DNA from: Oscillospiraceae bacterium
GTDB lineage: Bacteria > Bacillota > Clostridia > Oscillospirales > CAG-272
Direction: 5' to 3'
Length of the DNA: 64,000 nucleotides
Assembly: GCA_015065075.1 (NCBI GenBank)
Contig: SVRA01000001.1
Coordinates: forward strand, 12,234-76,233
In this document: positions 1 through 10,224 of the stretch, in pieces
Layout of the letters: each line of letters starts with the position of its first letter
How positions within the stretch are numbered: position 1 is the stretch's first letter
Made by a program: the position numbers and the translations under genes
The notes under the pieces: generated by a model
What the model saw: only the letters and a program-made list of their open reading frames with translations
Told to the model about the DNA's origin: nothing
Databases searched by the model: none

Positions 1-1316
1 ATTTTTTCCTCAGGCGCGGCAAGACGGGGAGCCTTTATAACAAGCCTCGGCTCTGCCTTGTCAACTACGCATTCGCGAGTGATGATAACCTCCGCAACGT
101 CGTCGCGAGAGGGAATTTCAAACATGATCTTGGTCATAACGCCCTCAATGATGGAGCGAAGTCCGCGCGCGCCGATCTTTCTTTCGGTCGCAAGCTCGGC
201 AATGCTGAGCAACGCGTCGTTTTCAAAGGAAAGCTTGACTCCGTCGATCTCAAAGAGCTTCTGATACTGCTTTATGATCGCGTTCTTCGGCTCGGTGAGG
301 ATGCGGATGAGCGCATCGTTGTCAAGCTCGGAGAGCGAAACTATAACGGGCAGACGTCCGACAAGCTCGGGAATAATACCGAATTTGACGATATCGTGCG
401 CCGTAACGTCACCGAAAATGCCCTTATTTGCGCCTTCGACCTTCTTTTCAGCCTCACCCGAGAAGCCGATAAGTCTCTTGCCCTTGCGAGCTTCGATGAC
501 CTTGTCAAGTCCGTCAAAAGCGCCGCCGCAAATGAAGAGAATGTTCTCGGTGTTGATGCGGATGAACTCCTGATTGGGATGCTTACGTCCGCCCTGCGGA
601 GGTACGTTAGCGACCGTGCCCTCAAGGATCTTCAGAAGTGCCTGCTGAACGCCCTCACCCGAAACGTCGCGGGTGATAGAGCGGTTTTCGCTCTTTCGCG
701 AGATCTTGTCGACCTCGTCGATATAAATAATACCGTGCTCCGCGCGCTCAACGTCAAAATCCGCCGCCTGAATAAGACGAAGCAGAATATTCTCAACGTC
801 CTCGCCGACGTAGCCCGCCTCGGTAAGAGTGGTCGCGTCCGCGATAGCAAAGGGAACCTTGAGAGTTTTTGCCAGAGTCTGCGCGAGATAGGTCTTTCCA
901 ACACCCGTAGGTCCGATCAGAAGCACGTTGCTCTTCTGAATATCAACTCCGTCGTTCTGCTCGTCGGTTTTTTTGTGTCGTCTGCCTCGCGAGGCGGTTT
1001 CCTTGGAGAGAATTCTCTTGTAGTGATTGTAGACCGCAACCGAAAGCGCGACCTTCGCCTCATCCTGACCAATAACGTGCTCGTCAAGTGACGCCTTGAT
1101 ATCCATAGGCTTTGGCAGAGTGGAGAGGGAAAGCTCCTCGCCCTCGCTTGCGATCTCGGTGTTTTCAAATATCAGATCGGAGCAAGCCTCAACGCAGAAA
1201 TCGCAGATATAAACGCCCGAAGGGGAGGGGATAAGAAAGTTGACCTGATTTTCGTTACGGCCGCAAAAGGAGCAGTAACGAATATTGTTCTGCGGGGTTT
1301 TGGTGTTTGATGACAT
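1..1316 (-). CDS. clpX: ATP-dependent Clp protease ATP-binding subunit ClpX (C-terminal end runs off the window)
   Basis: Absent from the ORF track because no stop lies in the window. My minus-strand translation from the ATG at 1316 gives [20 protein letters not shown] (zinc-finger CxxC), Walker [18 protein letters not shown] and Walker B IYIDEVDK. It lies directly downstream of clpP. Confidence 0.93.
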   Translation of the reverse strand, partial: MSSNTKTPQNNIRYCSFCGRNENQVNFLIPSPSGVYICDFCVEACSDLIFENTEIASEGEELSLSTLPKPMDIKASLDEHVIGQDEAKVALSVAVYNHYKRILSKETASRGRRHKKTDEQNDGVDIQKSNVLLIGPTGVGKTYLAQTLAKTLKVPFAIADATTLTEAGYVGEDVENILLRLIQAADFDVERAEHGIIYIDEVDKISRKSENRSITRDVSGEGVQQALLKILEGTVANVPPQGGRKHPNQEFIRINTENILFICGGAFDGLDKVIEARKGKRLIGFSGEAEKKVEGANKGIFGDVTAHDIVKFGIIPELVGRLPVIVSLSELDNDALIRILTEPKNAIIKQYQKLFEIDGVKLSFENDALLSIAELATERKIGARGLRSIIEGVMTKIMFEIPSRDDVAEVIITRECVVDKAEPRLVIKAPRLAAPEEK

Positions 1317-1337
1317 TTTAAATTAACCTTTCAGGGA

Positions 1338-1943
1338 TTATTCGTGCTTGGTGATGATTCTGTCGATAAGACCGTACTCCAGAGCCTGCTCTGCGGTCAT
1401 GAAGTTGTCTCTGTCGGTGTCCTTTTCGATCTGCTCGATAGGCTTGCCCGTGTTCTCGGACAGGATCTTGTTGAGCATATCTCTGGTGCGGAGAATGAGC
1501 TCGGCGCGGATCTTTATATCACTTGCCTGACCCTGCGCGCCGCCAAGAGGCTGGTGGATCATTATCTCACTGTGGGGAAGAGCAATTCTCTTGCCCTTTG
1601 TACCTGCGGAAAGCAGGAACGCGCCCATGCTTGCCGCCATACCGATGCAGATGGTGGACACGTCGCACTTGATATACTGCATCGTGTCGTATATAGCCAT
1701 ACCTGCGGTGACAGATCCGCCGGGGCTGTTGATGTAGAAGGAAATATCCTTGGTAGGATCCTGCGCCTCAAGGAAGAGCATCTGCGCGACCACGAGAGAA
1801 GCGGTAGCGTCGTTTACCTCGTCAGAGAGGAAGATAATGCGGTCGTTGAGCAGACGCGAGAAAATATCGTAGGAGCGCTCACCGCGTCCCGTCTGTTCGA
1901 CAACCATAGGTACGAGTGCGTTGCGAATAATGGAGTTGTCCAT
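1338..1943 (-). CDS. clpP: ATP-dependent Clp protease proteolytic subunit ClpP
   Basis: 201 aa. [19 protein letters not shown] and the catalytic Ser context [11 protein letters not shown] are typical of ClpP. Adjacent to clpX. Confidence 0.97.
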   Translation of the reverse strand: MDNSIIRNALVPMVVEQTGRGERSYDIFSRLLNDRIIFLSDEVNDATASLVVAQMLFLEAQDPTKDISFYINSPGGSVTAGMAIYDTMQYIKCDVSTICIGMAASMGAFLLSAGTKGKRIALPHSEIMIHQPLGGAQGQASDIKIRAELILRTRDMLNKILSENTGKPIEQIEKDTDRDNFMTAEQALEYGLIDRIITKHE

Positions 1944-2426
1944 ATTTATTACCTCGTTTCGAAATTTATGTATTTAAGTGACTTTGTGGCGAAGCCTGTT
2001 CTAAAGTTTTGGTTCAAGCCTTTTTCAAAAGGCTTGGCTGAGCCGCCGAGCTCGGCGGTCGCCTCCGCAGAGGCGAAGTCCTTATCGTTGGAAAGCGCCA
2101 CGAGGGGTGAATGTCAAGCCGTAGGCTTGGCAGAGGGGAACACACAAGTGGGGGTTCCCCTTTCTACACGAGCAATCTGTAATTGTTTACCCGCTTTTTT
2201 CTTTGGCAGTAGAGGCGCAAAGAAAAAAGCTTGGCGAAAAAGAAAATGCCGCAGGAGAGATTTCATCGCGTGCGCGCGGCGACCAACGCTTCGCGCGTTG
2301 GATGGCGGTCGCTTTTGAAAGAGCGACGCAAAACTTTCCACAAGGCAAGCCGTGGCGACCCTTTGATAAAGTCAAGTTTGCGCCGTGTAACGTAATATTG
2401 TCCACGGCGCAACCCTTTAAGTAAAA

Positions 2427-3800
2427 TTATTCTTCTGTCTTAGCTTCTTCAGTTGCCTCGGGTGCAGCTTCCTCAGCTACGGGCTCTGCAACCTTCTTCT
2501 TGCGGGGCTTGGAAGCCTTCTTGGGAGCCTTAACGTTGTCCTTGACTACCTGCATAGCCTTTCTTACGCTGACGTCAGCCTTTACCATAGCCTCATCGAC
2601 CATGGACTTAACCTGCTCCTTGTCGATATTGTAGGTGGTAGCGATGAGCTCGTATTCAGCTGCGAGCTCCTCCTCGGTGACCTCAATAGCCTCTGCCTTT
2701 GCAATAGTCTCAAGAGCAAGACGAGCCTTGACCTGCTTTTCAGCCTGGGGTCTCATCTGCTCGCGGAGCTTGGCAAGATCAAGACCGGTATACTGGAAGT
2801 AGGTCTTGAGATCAAGTCCGCTCTGGCGGAGACGGTTGTCGTAGTCGCGAACGAAGTTCTCGGTCTCAGCTTCGAACATAGCCTCGGGAATATCAGCCTC
2901 AAGCTTCTCAATAAGAGCGTCGATGATCTTCTCCTCGAACTCAGCGTTTGCAGCGTTCTCGTGTCTCTTCTCGATTTTTGCCTTAAGATCAGCCTTGTAT
3001 TCATCAATAGTGTCGAATTCGGAAACGTCCTTTGCGAAATCGTCGTCAAGCTCGGGAAGCTCGATCTTGGTGATAGCGTTTACCTTACACTTGAAGCAAG
3101 CCTCCTTGCCTGCAAGCTCCTCTGCGTGATAGTCTGCGGGGAAGGGTACGTTAACGTCGAACTCGTCGCCGATCTTGTGACCTGCAACCTGCTCCTCAAA
3201 TCCGGGGATGAAGGAGCCGGAGCCAAGCTTAAGCGAGTAGTTCTCGCCCTTGCCACCCTCGAATGCAACGCCGTCGATGAAGCCCTCGAAATCGATCTTT
3301 GCAACGTCGCCCATAGCTGCGGGAGTTTCGTCCTCAACCTCGATCTCACGGGACTGTCTTTCACGGACGGTCTTGAGCTCGTTTTCGATCTCCTCGTCCT
3401 TAACGGGCTCGACAACCTTTGCGATGTCAAGACCCTTGTAGCCCTCGAGCTTGCACTCGGGCTTTACGGGAACGATGGCAGAGAGAACGAGACCGTTCTC
3501 ATCGATAGAAACGATGTCGATCTCGGGCTGACCAACGGGATCGATGCCTGCTTCCTTAACGGCAGCAGTGTAGTTTTCGGGAATAAGGTCGTTGATAGCG
3601 TCCTCATAGAATACGCCCGAGCCGTACATCTTCTCGATGATAGCGCGGGGAGCCTTACCTGCTCTGAATCCGGGCACGTTGATCTTCTTTACCTGTCTGC
3701 GATAGACCTTGTCAACAGCCGCGTCAAATACTGCTTTTTCGACGGAGAACTCGATTTTGATCGTGCTCTTCTCGCCCTGTTCTTGTTTCAACAATTTCAT
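2427..3800 (-). CDS. tig: trigger factor (ribosome-associated PPIase chaperone)
   Basis: 457 aa. Has the ribosome-binding signature VPGFRAGKAPR, a central FKBP-like region and an acidic/Lys-rich tail, in the classic tig-clpP-clpX order. Confidence 0.95.
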   Translation of the reverse strand: MKLLKQEQGEKSTIKIEFSVEKAVFDAAVDKVYRRQVKKINVPGFRAGKAPRAIIEKMYGSGVFYEDAINDLIPENYTAAVKEAGIDPVGQPEIDIVSIDENGLVLSAIVPVKPECKLEGYKGLDIAKVVEPVKDEEIENELKTVRERQSREIEVEDETPAAMGDVAKIDFEGFIDGVAFEGGKGENYSLKLGSGSFIPGFEEQVAGHKIGDEFDVNVPFPADYHAEELAGKEACFKCKVNAITKIELPELDDDFAKDVSEFDTIDEYKADLKAKIEKRHENAANAEFEEKIIDALIEKLEADIPEAMFEAETENFVRDYDNRLRQSGLDLKTYFQYTGLDLAKLREQMRPQAEKQVKARLALETIAKAEAIEVTEEELAAEYELIATTYNIDKEQVKSMVDEAMVKADVSVRKAMQVVKDNVKAPKKASKPRKKKVAEPVAEEAAPEATEEAKTEE

Positions 3801-3904
3801 TGTTTAAAACCTCCGAAGATTTTATCTAAATATTTTTTTACATAAAATTACTCCCTGAATTTTGCCAAAATTATGCAAAAAGGGATTTTTACGCACACAA
3901 ATAT

Positions 3905-3933
3905 ATTTTATCTTTTTTTTGCCGATTTGTCAA
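3905..3933 (-). promoter_or_regulatory. sigma-70-type promoter for tig (TTGACA-17-TAAAAT on minus strand)
   Basis: Reverse complement reads ttgaca aatcggcaaaaaaaaga taaaat, about 100 nt upstream of the tig ATG. Confidence 0.55.
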
Positions 3934-4000
3934 GACTTTTTTGCATTTTTAGACCCAAATTTATCAAAAAATCAACCGCTTTTCATAAATAACCGACCTT

Positions 4001-4738
4001 TTATATTTTTAACGGGTAAAAATTCAGAAAATCAGACGACGTAAGCGTAAATTTTATTCCGTCGTGCTCGAAGCGACCGGGAGCGTTGTAGGTGCCGTGT
4101 ATATGCCCGAAATAGCACTCGCGCACGCCCTTTTCCTTGAGCGCGGCGACCAATTCCTCCATCACACAGTCGCACCAGACGGGAGGAAAGTGCAGAAATA
4201 CCGAGATCGGCAGCTCCTCACCCGACGAAGCAAGGTGCTCCTCGCGAAGCTTTACCGCAGCGTCGAGACTTAAGTTGAGTCTTGTCAGCTCACGGTTGAC
4301 TATCTTGGCGTGATCGACCTCGCCGACCGTCACCTGATGCGTCTCGTCGGGAAACCAACCGCGAGTACCGCAAATTATCCTATCCTCAACAATATATGCG
4401 TTATTGTAGAGAATAGACAGCGTTGAAAAGCCTTTTTCTTCAAAAAAAGCATTCATCTTTGCCGCAGTCGACCACCAGAAATCGTGGTTGCCCTTGCCGA
4501 TAAGCTTTTTGCCGTTGAGCGAGTCGAGAAAGCGCAGGTCAGACTCCGCCTCGGGAAGCCTTGTCGCCCAGGAAATGTCGCCCGGGACTATCACCGTGTC
4601 GTCGGCACCGACCACGGCATTCCAATTTTTTTCAATTTTGGGAATATAGCCTTGCCACCGCGAGCCGAAGACCTCCATAGACTTGTTGGTCAGCGAGTCG
4701 GTTGACAAATGCAGGTCGGATAAAACGAAAATAGCCAT
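4001..4738 (-). CDS. metallophosphoesterase family protein
   Basis: 245 aa. Calcineurin-like motifs are present: SDLHLS, GDISWA, GNHDFWW, HFPP and GHIHG. Confidence 0.85.
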   Translation of the reverse strand: MAIFVLSDLHLSTDSLTNKSMEVFGSRWQGYIPKIEKNWNAVVGADDTVIVPGDISWATRLPEAESDLRFLDSLNGKKLIGKGNHDFWWSTAAKMNAFFEEKGFSTLSILYNNAYIVEDRIICGTRGWFPDETHQVTVGEVDHAKIVNRELTRLNLSLDAAVKLREEHLASSGEELPISVFLHFPPVWCDCVMEELVAALKEKGVRECYFGHIHGTYNAPGRFEHDGIKFTLTSSDFLNFYPLKI

Positions 4739-4876
4739 CTGTTACCTCAAAAAAGCTTGTATAATTTGCTCCAACGGCGGAAATAATAATACCGTCGGTA
4801 TGAAAAATACCGAGATTCAACCCTCGGTCGCGTTTGCGAGCGAAGGGAAGTTTGTAAAAAAAGAAAGGATCAAATC

Positions 4877-5077
4877 ATGATGAACGAATCCTCCAAGTGC
4901 GAAAAGCACATCAAGGGCATTAACTGCTCTGTAAAGAATTGCGTATATCACGACGGCGAGTGCTATTGCACCGCTGAAAACATTCACGTAGGCCCCCACC
5001 ACGCAGAGAAGAGCGCAGACACTGTTTGCGCTACCTTCAAGCCTGAGTGCGCAAACGGTGGCTGTAGTATAAAGTGA
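4877..5077 (+). CDS. DUF1540 domain-containing small Cys-rich protein
   Basis: 66 aa. Carries the repeated pattern C.V..C.YH....C.A..I.V and TVCATF typical of DUF1540. An RBS-like aaagaaagga lies upstream. Confidence 0.75.
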   Translation: MMNESSKCEKHIKGINCSVKNCVYHDGECYCTAENIHVGPHHAEKSADTVCATFKPECANGGCSIK

Positions 5078-5096
5078 ACTAACGGATAGATCCGTG

Positions 5097-5120
5097 GGGC
5101 GAGCTTGCTCGCCCTTTTTT
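5097..5120 (+). terminator. rho-independent terminator after the DUF1540 gene
   Basis: Hairpin gggcgag-cttg-ctcgccc followed by tttttt. Confidence 0.7.
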
Positions 5121-5122
5121 AC

Positions 5123-6607
5123 TTATTTAACAATGTATTTTTTGACCGCATCAAGCATATCGCAGGCATCGATCACCTCGGTAAATCTTACCTCGCGCTC
5201 TGCAAGACCGCGCAAGGGATAGGTTATCTCGGTTTTCGAGTAATCCGAGAGCATATCGAGCGCATCCATGTCGTCCTCGGGCTTCTCCATGCCGAGAGAC
5301 TTGCAAACGTCTGCCGCAAACTTGTAAGGACTTGCCGTCGAGGCAACAACCATAGGAGTGTTGTCGTTGCTTTCTGCGATGTATTTTTCAGCCGCACAGA
5401 GCGCGACCGCCGTGTGAGTGTCGGCAAGGTAGCCGTATGACGCGTAGTACTTCCTGATCGTCGCAGAGGTCTCGTCCTCGTCGGTATAATAGCCGCAGAA
5501 GCTCTCATCGATCTTCGACTTCACGTCGCCGCTGACCTCGTAAACGCCCGTAGCCGCAAGGGAATCCATATATTCTGCGGTCTTCTCCTTGCCCGCGGCG
5601 AAGCAGAGAAGTCGCTCGAGATTGGATGAGATAAGAATATCCATCGAGGGTGACATAGTGCAATGGAAATCGCGGTTGCGGTCGTATCTGCCCGTGCCGA
5701 GAAAATCGGTAAGTATGTTGTTCTGATTGGAGGCACAAACGAGCTTGCCGAGCGGTAGACCCATAAGCTTCGCAAGGTAAGCGGCAAAGATGTTGCCGAA
5801 GTTACCCGTGGGAACGCATACGTTTATCTTGTCACCGAGCTTGATATCGCCTTTTGCGAGAAGGTCGCAGTATGCCGAAACGTAGTAAACGATCTGAGGC
5901 GCAAGACGTCCCCAGTTTATAGAGTTAGCGCTTGAGAAGAAGTGACCGTTTCCGTCAAGATAGCTTACGGCATCTGCGTCGGAGAATATCTTTTTAACTC
6001 CACTCTGCGCGTCGTCGAAATTGCCGCGGATCGCGGTGACGTTCACGTTCGAGCCGGTCTGGGTAGCCATCTGCATCTTCTGTACGCGGCTGACGCCGTC
6101 AACGGGATAGAAGACCATCATTCGAATACCGTCGATGTCCTTATATCCCTCGAGCGCCGCTTTACCCGTATCGCCCGAGGTCGCAACTAAAATGAGCGCG
6201 GTACGCTTCTCGCCCGTCTTTACGAGAGCGCGAGAGAGAAGTCTGGGCATGATCTGAAGCGCCATGTCTTTAAATGCCGCCGTCGGTCCGTGCCAGAGCT
6301 CGAGCGAGTATATGCCGTCCTTTGCCTTGACTACGGGAGCCGCGCCTCCGGGAAAGGAGCTTTCACAATAAGCCGCCTTACAGTCGGAAAGAAGCTCGTC
6401 GTAGGTGTAATCGGTGAGAAATTTTGAAAGGATCTTCGCTGCTCTCTCGGGATAGGAATCCGAGCAGAGTGCCTTGATCTCGTCAAGAGTGAGAGTGGGG
6501 ATAGACTCGGGGATGAAAAGTCCGCCGTCGAGCGCGAGTCCTTGCTTGATGATCTGTGCGGAGGAGAGGCTTTCGCCCGATCTGCCGCGTGTGCTTTGGT
6601 AGTTCAT
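5123..6607 (-). CDS. thrC: threonine synthase (long form)
   Basis: 494 aa. The N-terminus MNYQSTRG and the PLP-lysine context AFKDMALQ are typical of ThrC. Confidence 0.93.
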   Translation of the reverse strand: MNYQSTRGRSGESLSSAQIIKQGLALDGGLFIPESIPTLTLDEIKALCSDSYPERAAKILSKFLTDYTYDELLSDCKAAYCESSFPGGAAPVVKAKDGIYSLELWHGPTAAFKDMALQIMPRLLSRALVKTGEKRTALILVATSGDTGKAALEGYKDIDGIRMMVFYPVDGVSRVQKMQMATQTGSNVNVTAIRGNFDDAQSGVKKIFSDADAVSYLDGNGHFFSSANSINWGRLAPQIVYYVSAYCDLLAKGDIKLGDKINVCVPTGNFGNIFAAYLAKLMGLPLGKLVCASNQNNILTDFLGTGRYDRNRDFHCTMSPSMDILISSNLERLLCFAAGKEKTAEYMDSLAATGVYEVSGDVKSKIDESFCGYYTDEDETSATIRKYYASYGYLADTHTAVALCAAEKYIAESNDNTPMVVASTASPYKFAADVCKSLGMEKPEDDMDALDMLSDYSKTEITYPLRGLAEREVRFTEVIDACDMLDAVKKYIVK

Positions 6608-6629
6608 AGCTGTTGTTTCCTTTATAGAA

Positions 6630-7655
6630 TCAAAAGTTTCTTTTTATAAATTCAAAATTGTTTTTCCAGAATATTTTTTCGATCAGAGCGTCGGAGTAGC
6701 CGCGCGACGACATCGCCTCGGCAAGCCTTTCAATATCTTCGACTCCGCAAAATCCCTCGGGCAGATCTGTGCCGTCGAGGTCGCAACCAAGACCGAGAAT
6801 ATTTTCCGCGCCGCGCTCAAGATATCCGTCAATATGCCGCATAACGTCGTCGACCGTGCATATATCGTATACAAGCTCGTCCTTGTTGGAGTGATCGGCG
6901 TTAAGCGTGCCGCCAAGGATCATATTTTTGATGTGCCACGGGCAGAGATTAATACCCACCGTGCCGCCAAGCTCGATCAGGGCGTTGATATGCCTGTCGC
7001 GCAAGTTTCTTGTGTGCGGAAAAACGCCGAAGCAATCCGAATGTGAGGCGATAAACGGCTTTTTATATTCGTAAGCAAGCTCGCAGACCTCATCCGTAAC
7101 CTGCTCGTTCGAGTGCGACACGTCGGGAACGATGCCAAGCTCAAAGCAACGCCTGACCACCGCCTTACCAAAGTCAGTAAGACCGCCGAGCACGTCATGC
7201 GAAGCGCCGATACAGGTCTCGCCGCCCCAAAGCAGAGTCAGATATTTGACTCCGCGAGCGTTAAGCTCGTCAAGTCTCTCAATCTTACCACCGAGGATTC
7301 GAGCGTCCTCAACGGCAAGAAAAGCTGCGCGCTTGCCCTGGTCCCAAGCCGAGATCATTTGGTCAAAGCTTCTGACAAAAGCGATCTTGTCGGTATTTTT
7401 TTCGATCTCGCAAAAGAGATTGTCGCTGATCTTGATAAAATTCTCAAAGCATTCGTCGTCTGTGCGTCTTCTGTTCGCCCAGACCGCGAAGAATTGAGTA
7501 TAATTTTCATATTTTGCCGCACCGCCAAGGCTTACGTGACAAGAGTTTTCGACAAGTCTCTCTTTTTTGTGGTAAAGCTCGAAGGCGGTGTCGCAATGTG
7601 TGTCGATTAAAGATAATTTCATAGCCTTAATGTAGCTTTCTGCCTCTTGCATCAA
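6630..7655 (-). CDS. membrane dipeptidase family protein (peptidase M19)
   Basis: IDTHCDT at the N-terminus, with HSNE and HSD motifs. An alternative start, MKLSLIDTHCD at 7622, would remove the overlap with yraN. Confidence 0.85.
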   Translation of the reverse strand: MMQEAESYIKAMKLSLIDTHCDTAFELYHKKERLVENSCHVSLGGAAKYENYTQFFAVWANRRRTDDECFENFIKISDNLFCEIEKNTDKIAFVRSFDQMISAWDQGKRAAFLAVEDARILGGKIERLDELNARGVKYLTLLWGGETCIGASHDVLGGLTDFGKAVVRRCFELGIVPDVSHSNEQVTDEVCELAYEYKKPFIASHSDCFGVFPHTRNLRDRHINALIELGGTVGINLCPWHIKNMILGGTLNADHSNKDELVYDICTVDDVMRHIDGYLERGAENILGLGCDLDGTDLPEGFCGVEDIERLAEAMSSRGYSDALIEKIFWKNNFEFIKRNF

Positions 7656-8043
7656 AGGCGTTTCTTATGTGATTGATCTTAAGCACGGTAGGCGTCTTGA
7701 ATTCGCTTTGAGATTCAAGCAGATACACCTCGATAACGTCGATACGCGGCTGCTTTGATACGTAGTTTTTCAAGAGATAATCCTTGACCGCCTTAATCGT
7801 GTTACCTCTCTTTTTATGGTCGACCGCGCGTCCGGGCGTGCCGTATCCGTTTGATTCGGGATAAAGACAAGAGCGAGTTTTGACCTCAACGAATACGATA
7901 AAATCGTCGTCCTCGGCAACTATGTCAAGCTCGTTCTTCGAAAAGTGAAGATTTCGACCAACGACGGTGTAACCGTTCTTTTCGAGATAGTCAGCGGCGA
8001 GATCCTCTCCAAGCCGACCGAGCACTTGCTTGTCGGTCTGCAT
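7627..8043 (-). CDS. yraN: YraN family endonuclease-like protein (UPF0102)
   Basis: 138 aa. GRLGEDLAADYLEKNGYTVVGRN...ELDIVA...VFVEVKTR is the YraN signature. It sits downstream of rnhB, as in many Firmicutes. Confidence 0.9.
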   Translation of the reverse strand: MQTDKQVLGRLGEDLAADYLEKNGYTVVGRNLHFSKNELDIVAEDDDFIVFVEVKTRSCLYPESNGYGTPGRAVDHKKRGNTIKAVKDYLLKNYVSKQPRIDVIEVYLLESQSEFKTPTVLKINHIRNAFDARGRKLH

Positions 8044-8651
8044 TATTTCTGCTCCTCGTCGAGAAATCTGATAAATTTCTTTCTGTGAATAGGGGAGGGA
8101 CCGTGCTTGCGGAGCGCATCCATGTGCTCCTTTGTTCCGTAGCCCTTGTGCTTTGCGATCAGATATTCGGGGTATTCGCGGTCAAGCTCCTCGCAGACGC
8201 GATCTCTCGCCACCTTTGCGAGCACAGATGCCGCCGCGATGCTCATGCTTGTCGCATCACCCTTGATCACCGCCATCGCAGGGATCTGAAAGTCACGCGC
8301 CACGTTGCCGTCGATGATCGCAAAATCCGCCTTGACGGAAAGGCCGTCGATAGCTCTGCGCATAGCGAGCAGATCGGCCTCGAGTATGTTCATCTCGTCG
8401 ATCTCCTCAACGCTTGCAGAGGCTATACAGTAAGCGATCGCCTCCTTGCAGATAACGTCAAACAGCTTCTCACGCTTCTTTGCGGTAAGCTTTTTGGAAT
8501 CGTTGAGCCCCTCGATCACAAGACCGTCAGGCAGTATGCACGCCGCCGCGTACACAGGTCCGCAAAGAGGACCGCGCCCCGCCTCGTCTATTCCGCAGAC
8601 TACCCCGTAGCCCTTTTCGTGAAGCGAATTTTCTATTGAATAATCAGGCAT
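8043..8651 (-). CDS. rnhB: ribonuclease HII
   Basis: 202 aa. Contains GIDEAGRGPLCGPV and the typical RNase HII layout. Confidence 0.95.
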   Translation of the reverse strand: MPDYSIENSLHEKGYGVVCGIDEAGRGPLCGPVYAAACILPDGLVIEGLNDSKKLTAKKREKLFDVICKEAIAYCIASASVEEIDEMNILEADLLAMRRAIDGLSVKADFAIIDGNVARDFQIPAMAVIKGDATSMSIAAASVLAKVARDRVCEELDREYPEYLIAKHKGYGTKEHMDALRKHGPSPIHRKKFIRFLDEEQK

Positions 8652-8666
8652 TTTGTCTACCTCTCG

Positions 8667-9533
8667 TTACTCTGTGATTCTGTCGAGCGTGATACGTCCC
8701 AGCTTTGCCGCGCGGAACTCGTCAAGCAGCATATCTGCGGTGCGCTCGGTGTTGATCTCGCCGCCCGAGATCAGAAATCCGCGCTTTTTACCGATGTAGC
8801 AGAGCAGCTCGTAGTCGGTCATATCCGCGAAGCTCTCGGCCTCGCCAAGCTTGTAGCGCGTGGCAAGCAGCTCGGGATAAAGCATTCTCATACGGTTGCA
8901 GTATGCCATAGCGAGCTCCTCGATCTGAACGACGTCGTCCTTTATCGCACCGGTCAGGGCGAGATTTTCACCCACCGTTCTGTCCTCGAATTTGGGCCAG
9001 AGAATACCCGGCATATCCATAATGTCAAGCCCAATTCCCGTGGAGAACCACTGCTTGTCTCTCGTCACACCGGGGCGGTTTTCCACCTTTGCCTTTTTGC
9101 TACCCGAGAGCTTATTGATAAGAGTTGATTTGCCTACGTTGGGAATGCCCAGCACCATAGCATAGATGCGGCGGTTCATGCCCTTGCTTTCGTAGCGCTC
9201 AAGCTTGTCGCGAATCAGCTCCTTGATCGCGGGGAGTATCTTGGAAAGTCCCTCGCCCGAAAGACAGTCAACGAGAATACAAGAGGTATTTGCGGTACTG
9301 TAATACTCCTGCCAAAGCTTATTTTGCACGGGATCGGCAAGCGACGCCTTGTTGAGAATTATAAGTGATGGCTTATTTTCGATAAGCCTTGTGATCTCGG
9401 GGTTTCTGGAGGAGTGGGGAATGCGGGCATCGAGGATCTCAATAATAACGTCAACGTTTTTGAGATTTTCCGATATCATTCTCCGTGTTTTCGCCATGTG
9501 CCCGGGAAACCACTGTATCTGTTCAGATGGCAT
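8667..9533 (-). CDS. rbgA: ribosome biogenesis GTPase A (YlqF/RbgA)
   Basis: 288 aa. IQWFPGHMAKTRR, with circularly permuted GTPase motifs NKASL and GIPNVGKST. Confidence 0.95.
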   Translation of the reverse strand: MPSEQIQWFPGHMAKTRRMISENLKNVDVIIEILDARIPHSSRNPEITRLIENKPSLIILNKASLADPVQNKLWQEYYSTANTSCILVDCLSGEGLSKILPAIKELIRDKLERYESKGMNRRIYAMVLGIPNVGKSTLINKLSGSKKAKVENRPGVTRDKQWFSTGIGLDIMDMPGILWPKFEDRTVGENLALTGAIKDDVVQIEELAMAYCNRMRMLYPELLATRYKLGEAESFADMTDYELLCYIGKKRGFLISGGEINTERTADMLLDEFRAAKLGRITLDRITE

Positions 9534-9561
9534 AGATAGTCACCTCAATTTCTAAAAATGA

Positions 9562-10188
9562 TCATTTAAAAACGGTAAAAGGGGAAAGACGCATAATTGC
9601 CTTGCCGAGAATGCAGTCCTCGTCGACGAAGCTGACGAGATAAGCGCGCGAGTCGGTAGAGCCGTTTCGATTGTCGCCCATAACGAAGACCTTTCCCTCG
9701 GGGACCGTCGCGATAAACCAGACGGTGCCATCCTCCTCGGTGTGCATAAATTTCTTCTGGAAATCGCTTCTTATCGAGTATTTTCCACCGTCAACGTAAG
9801 CGTAGTCCTCCTCGAGCAGCACGCCGTCAACGAAGACCTTGCCCTCAGTCAGATTGATCTTGACCTCCTGACCCCCAAGCGCAATAACTCGCTTGACAAG
9901 GGGCTGGGAGTAGTAATCGTTTGAAAGGTGAAAAACGATTATGTCACCCTGCTTCGGCGAATAGAAAAGATTAGTCGTTACTAGTCTTTCCTCGTGTGTG
10001 AGTGTTTTGTTCATAGAGTTGCCGTCAACTCGGCAGGTTCTGAAGCAAAAGGTAAATACGAGCAGAACTGCAAGCACGGAGATAGCGAGCACCTCGACGT
10101 AGTCGAAGATCGATTTCAAAAATCCAGCCCTCTCCTTTTTTGGGGTCTCGTTTTGCAGATCTTGATTTGTAATGGGTTCGTTGTTCAT
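9562..10188 (-). CDS. lepB: signal peptidase I
   Basis: 208 aa. Has an N-terminal TM helix, the catalytic-Ser box GNSMNKT, and the KRV and GDNRNGSTDSR boxes. Confidence 0.93.
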   Translation of the reverse strand: MNNEPITNQDLQNETPKKERAGFLKSIFDYVEVLAISVLAVLLVFTFCFRTCRVDGNSMNKTLTHEERLVTTNLFYSPKQGDIIVFHLSNDYYSQPLVKRVIALGGQEVKINLTEGKVFVDGVLLEEDYAYVDGGKYSIRSDFQKKFMHTEEDGTVWFIATVPEGKVFVMGDNRNGSTDSRAYLVSFVDEDCILGKAIMRLSPFTVFK

Positions 10189-10224
10189 AAAGATCTCCGA
10201 TCCGCCGCTATGAACGGCGGCAAT

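Noticed and set aside
1344-2318. 324-aa plus-strand ORF
   Set aside because: It is antisense to clpP and extends into the spacer. It has a low-complexity Arg/Ala-rich composition and no RBS, so it is a shadow ORF.
2114-2424. Small overlapping ORFs in the tig-clpP spacer
   Set aside because: They overlap one another on both strands, have a biased Arg/Ala/Lys composition and have no RBS. The region is treated as non-coding.
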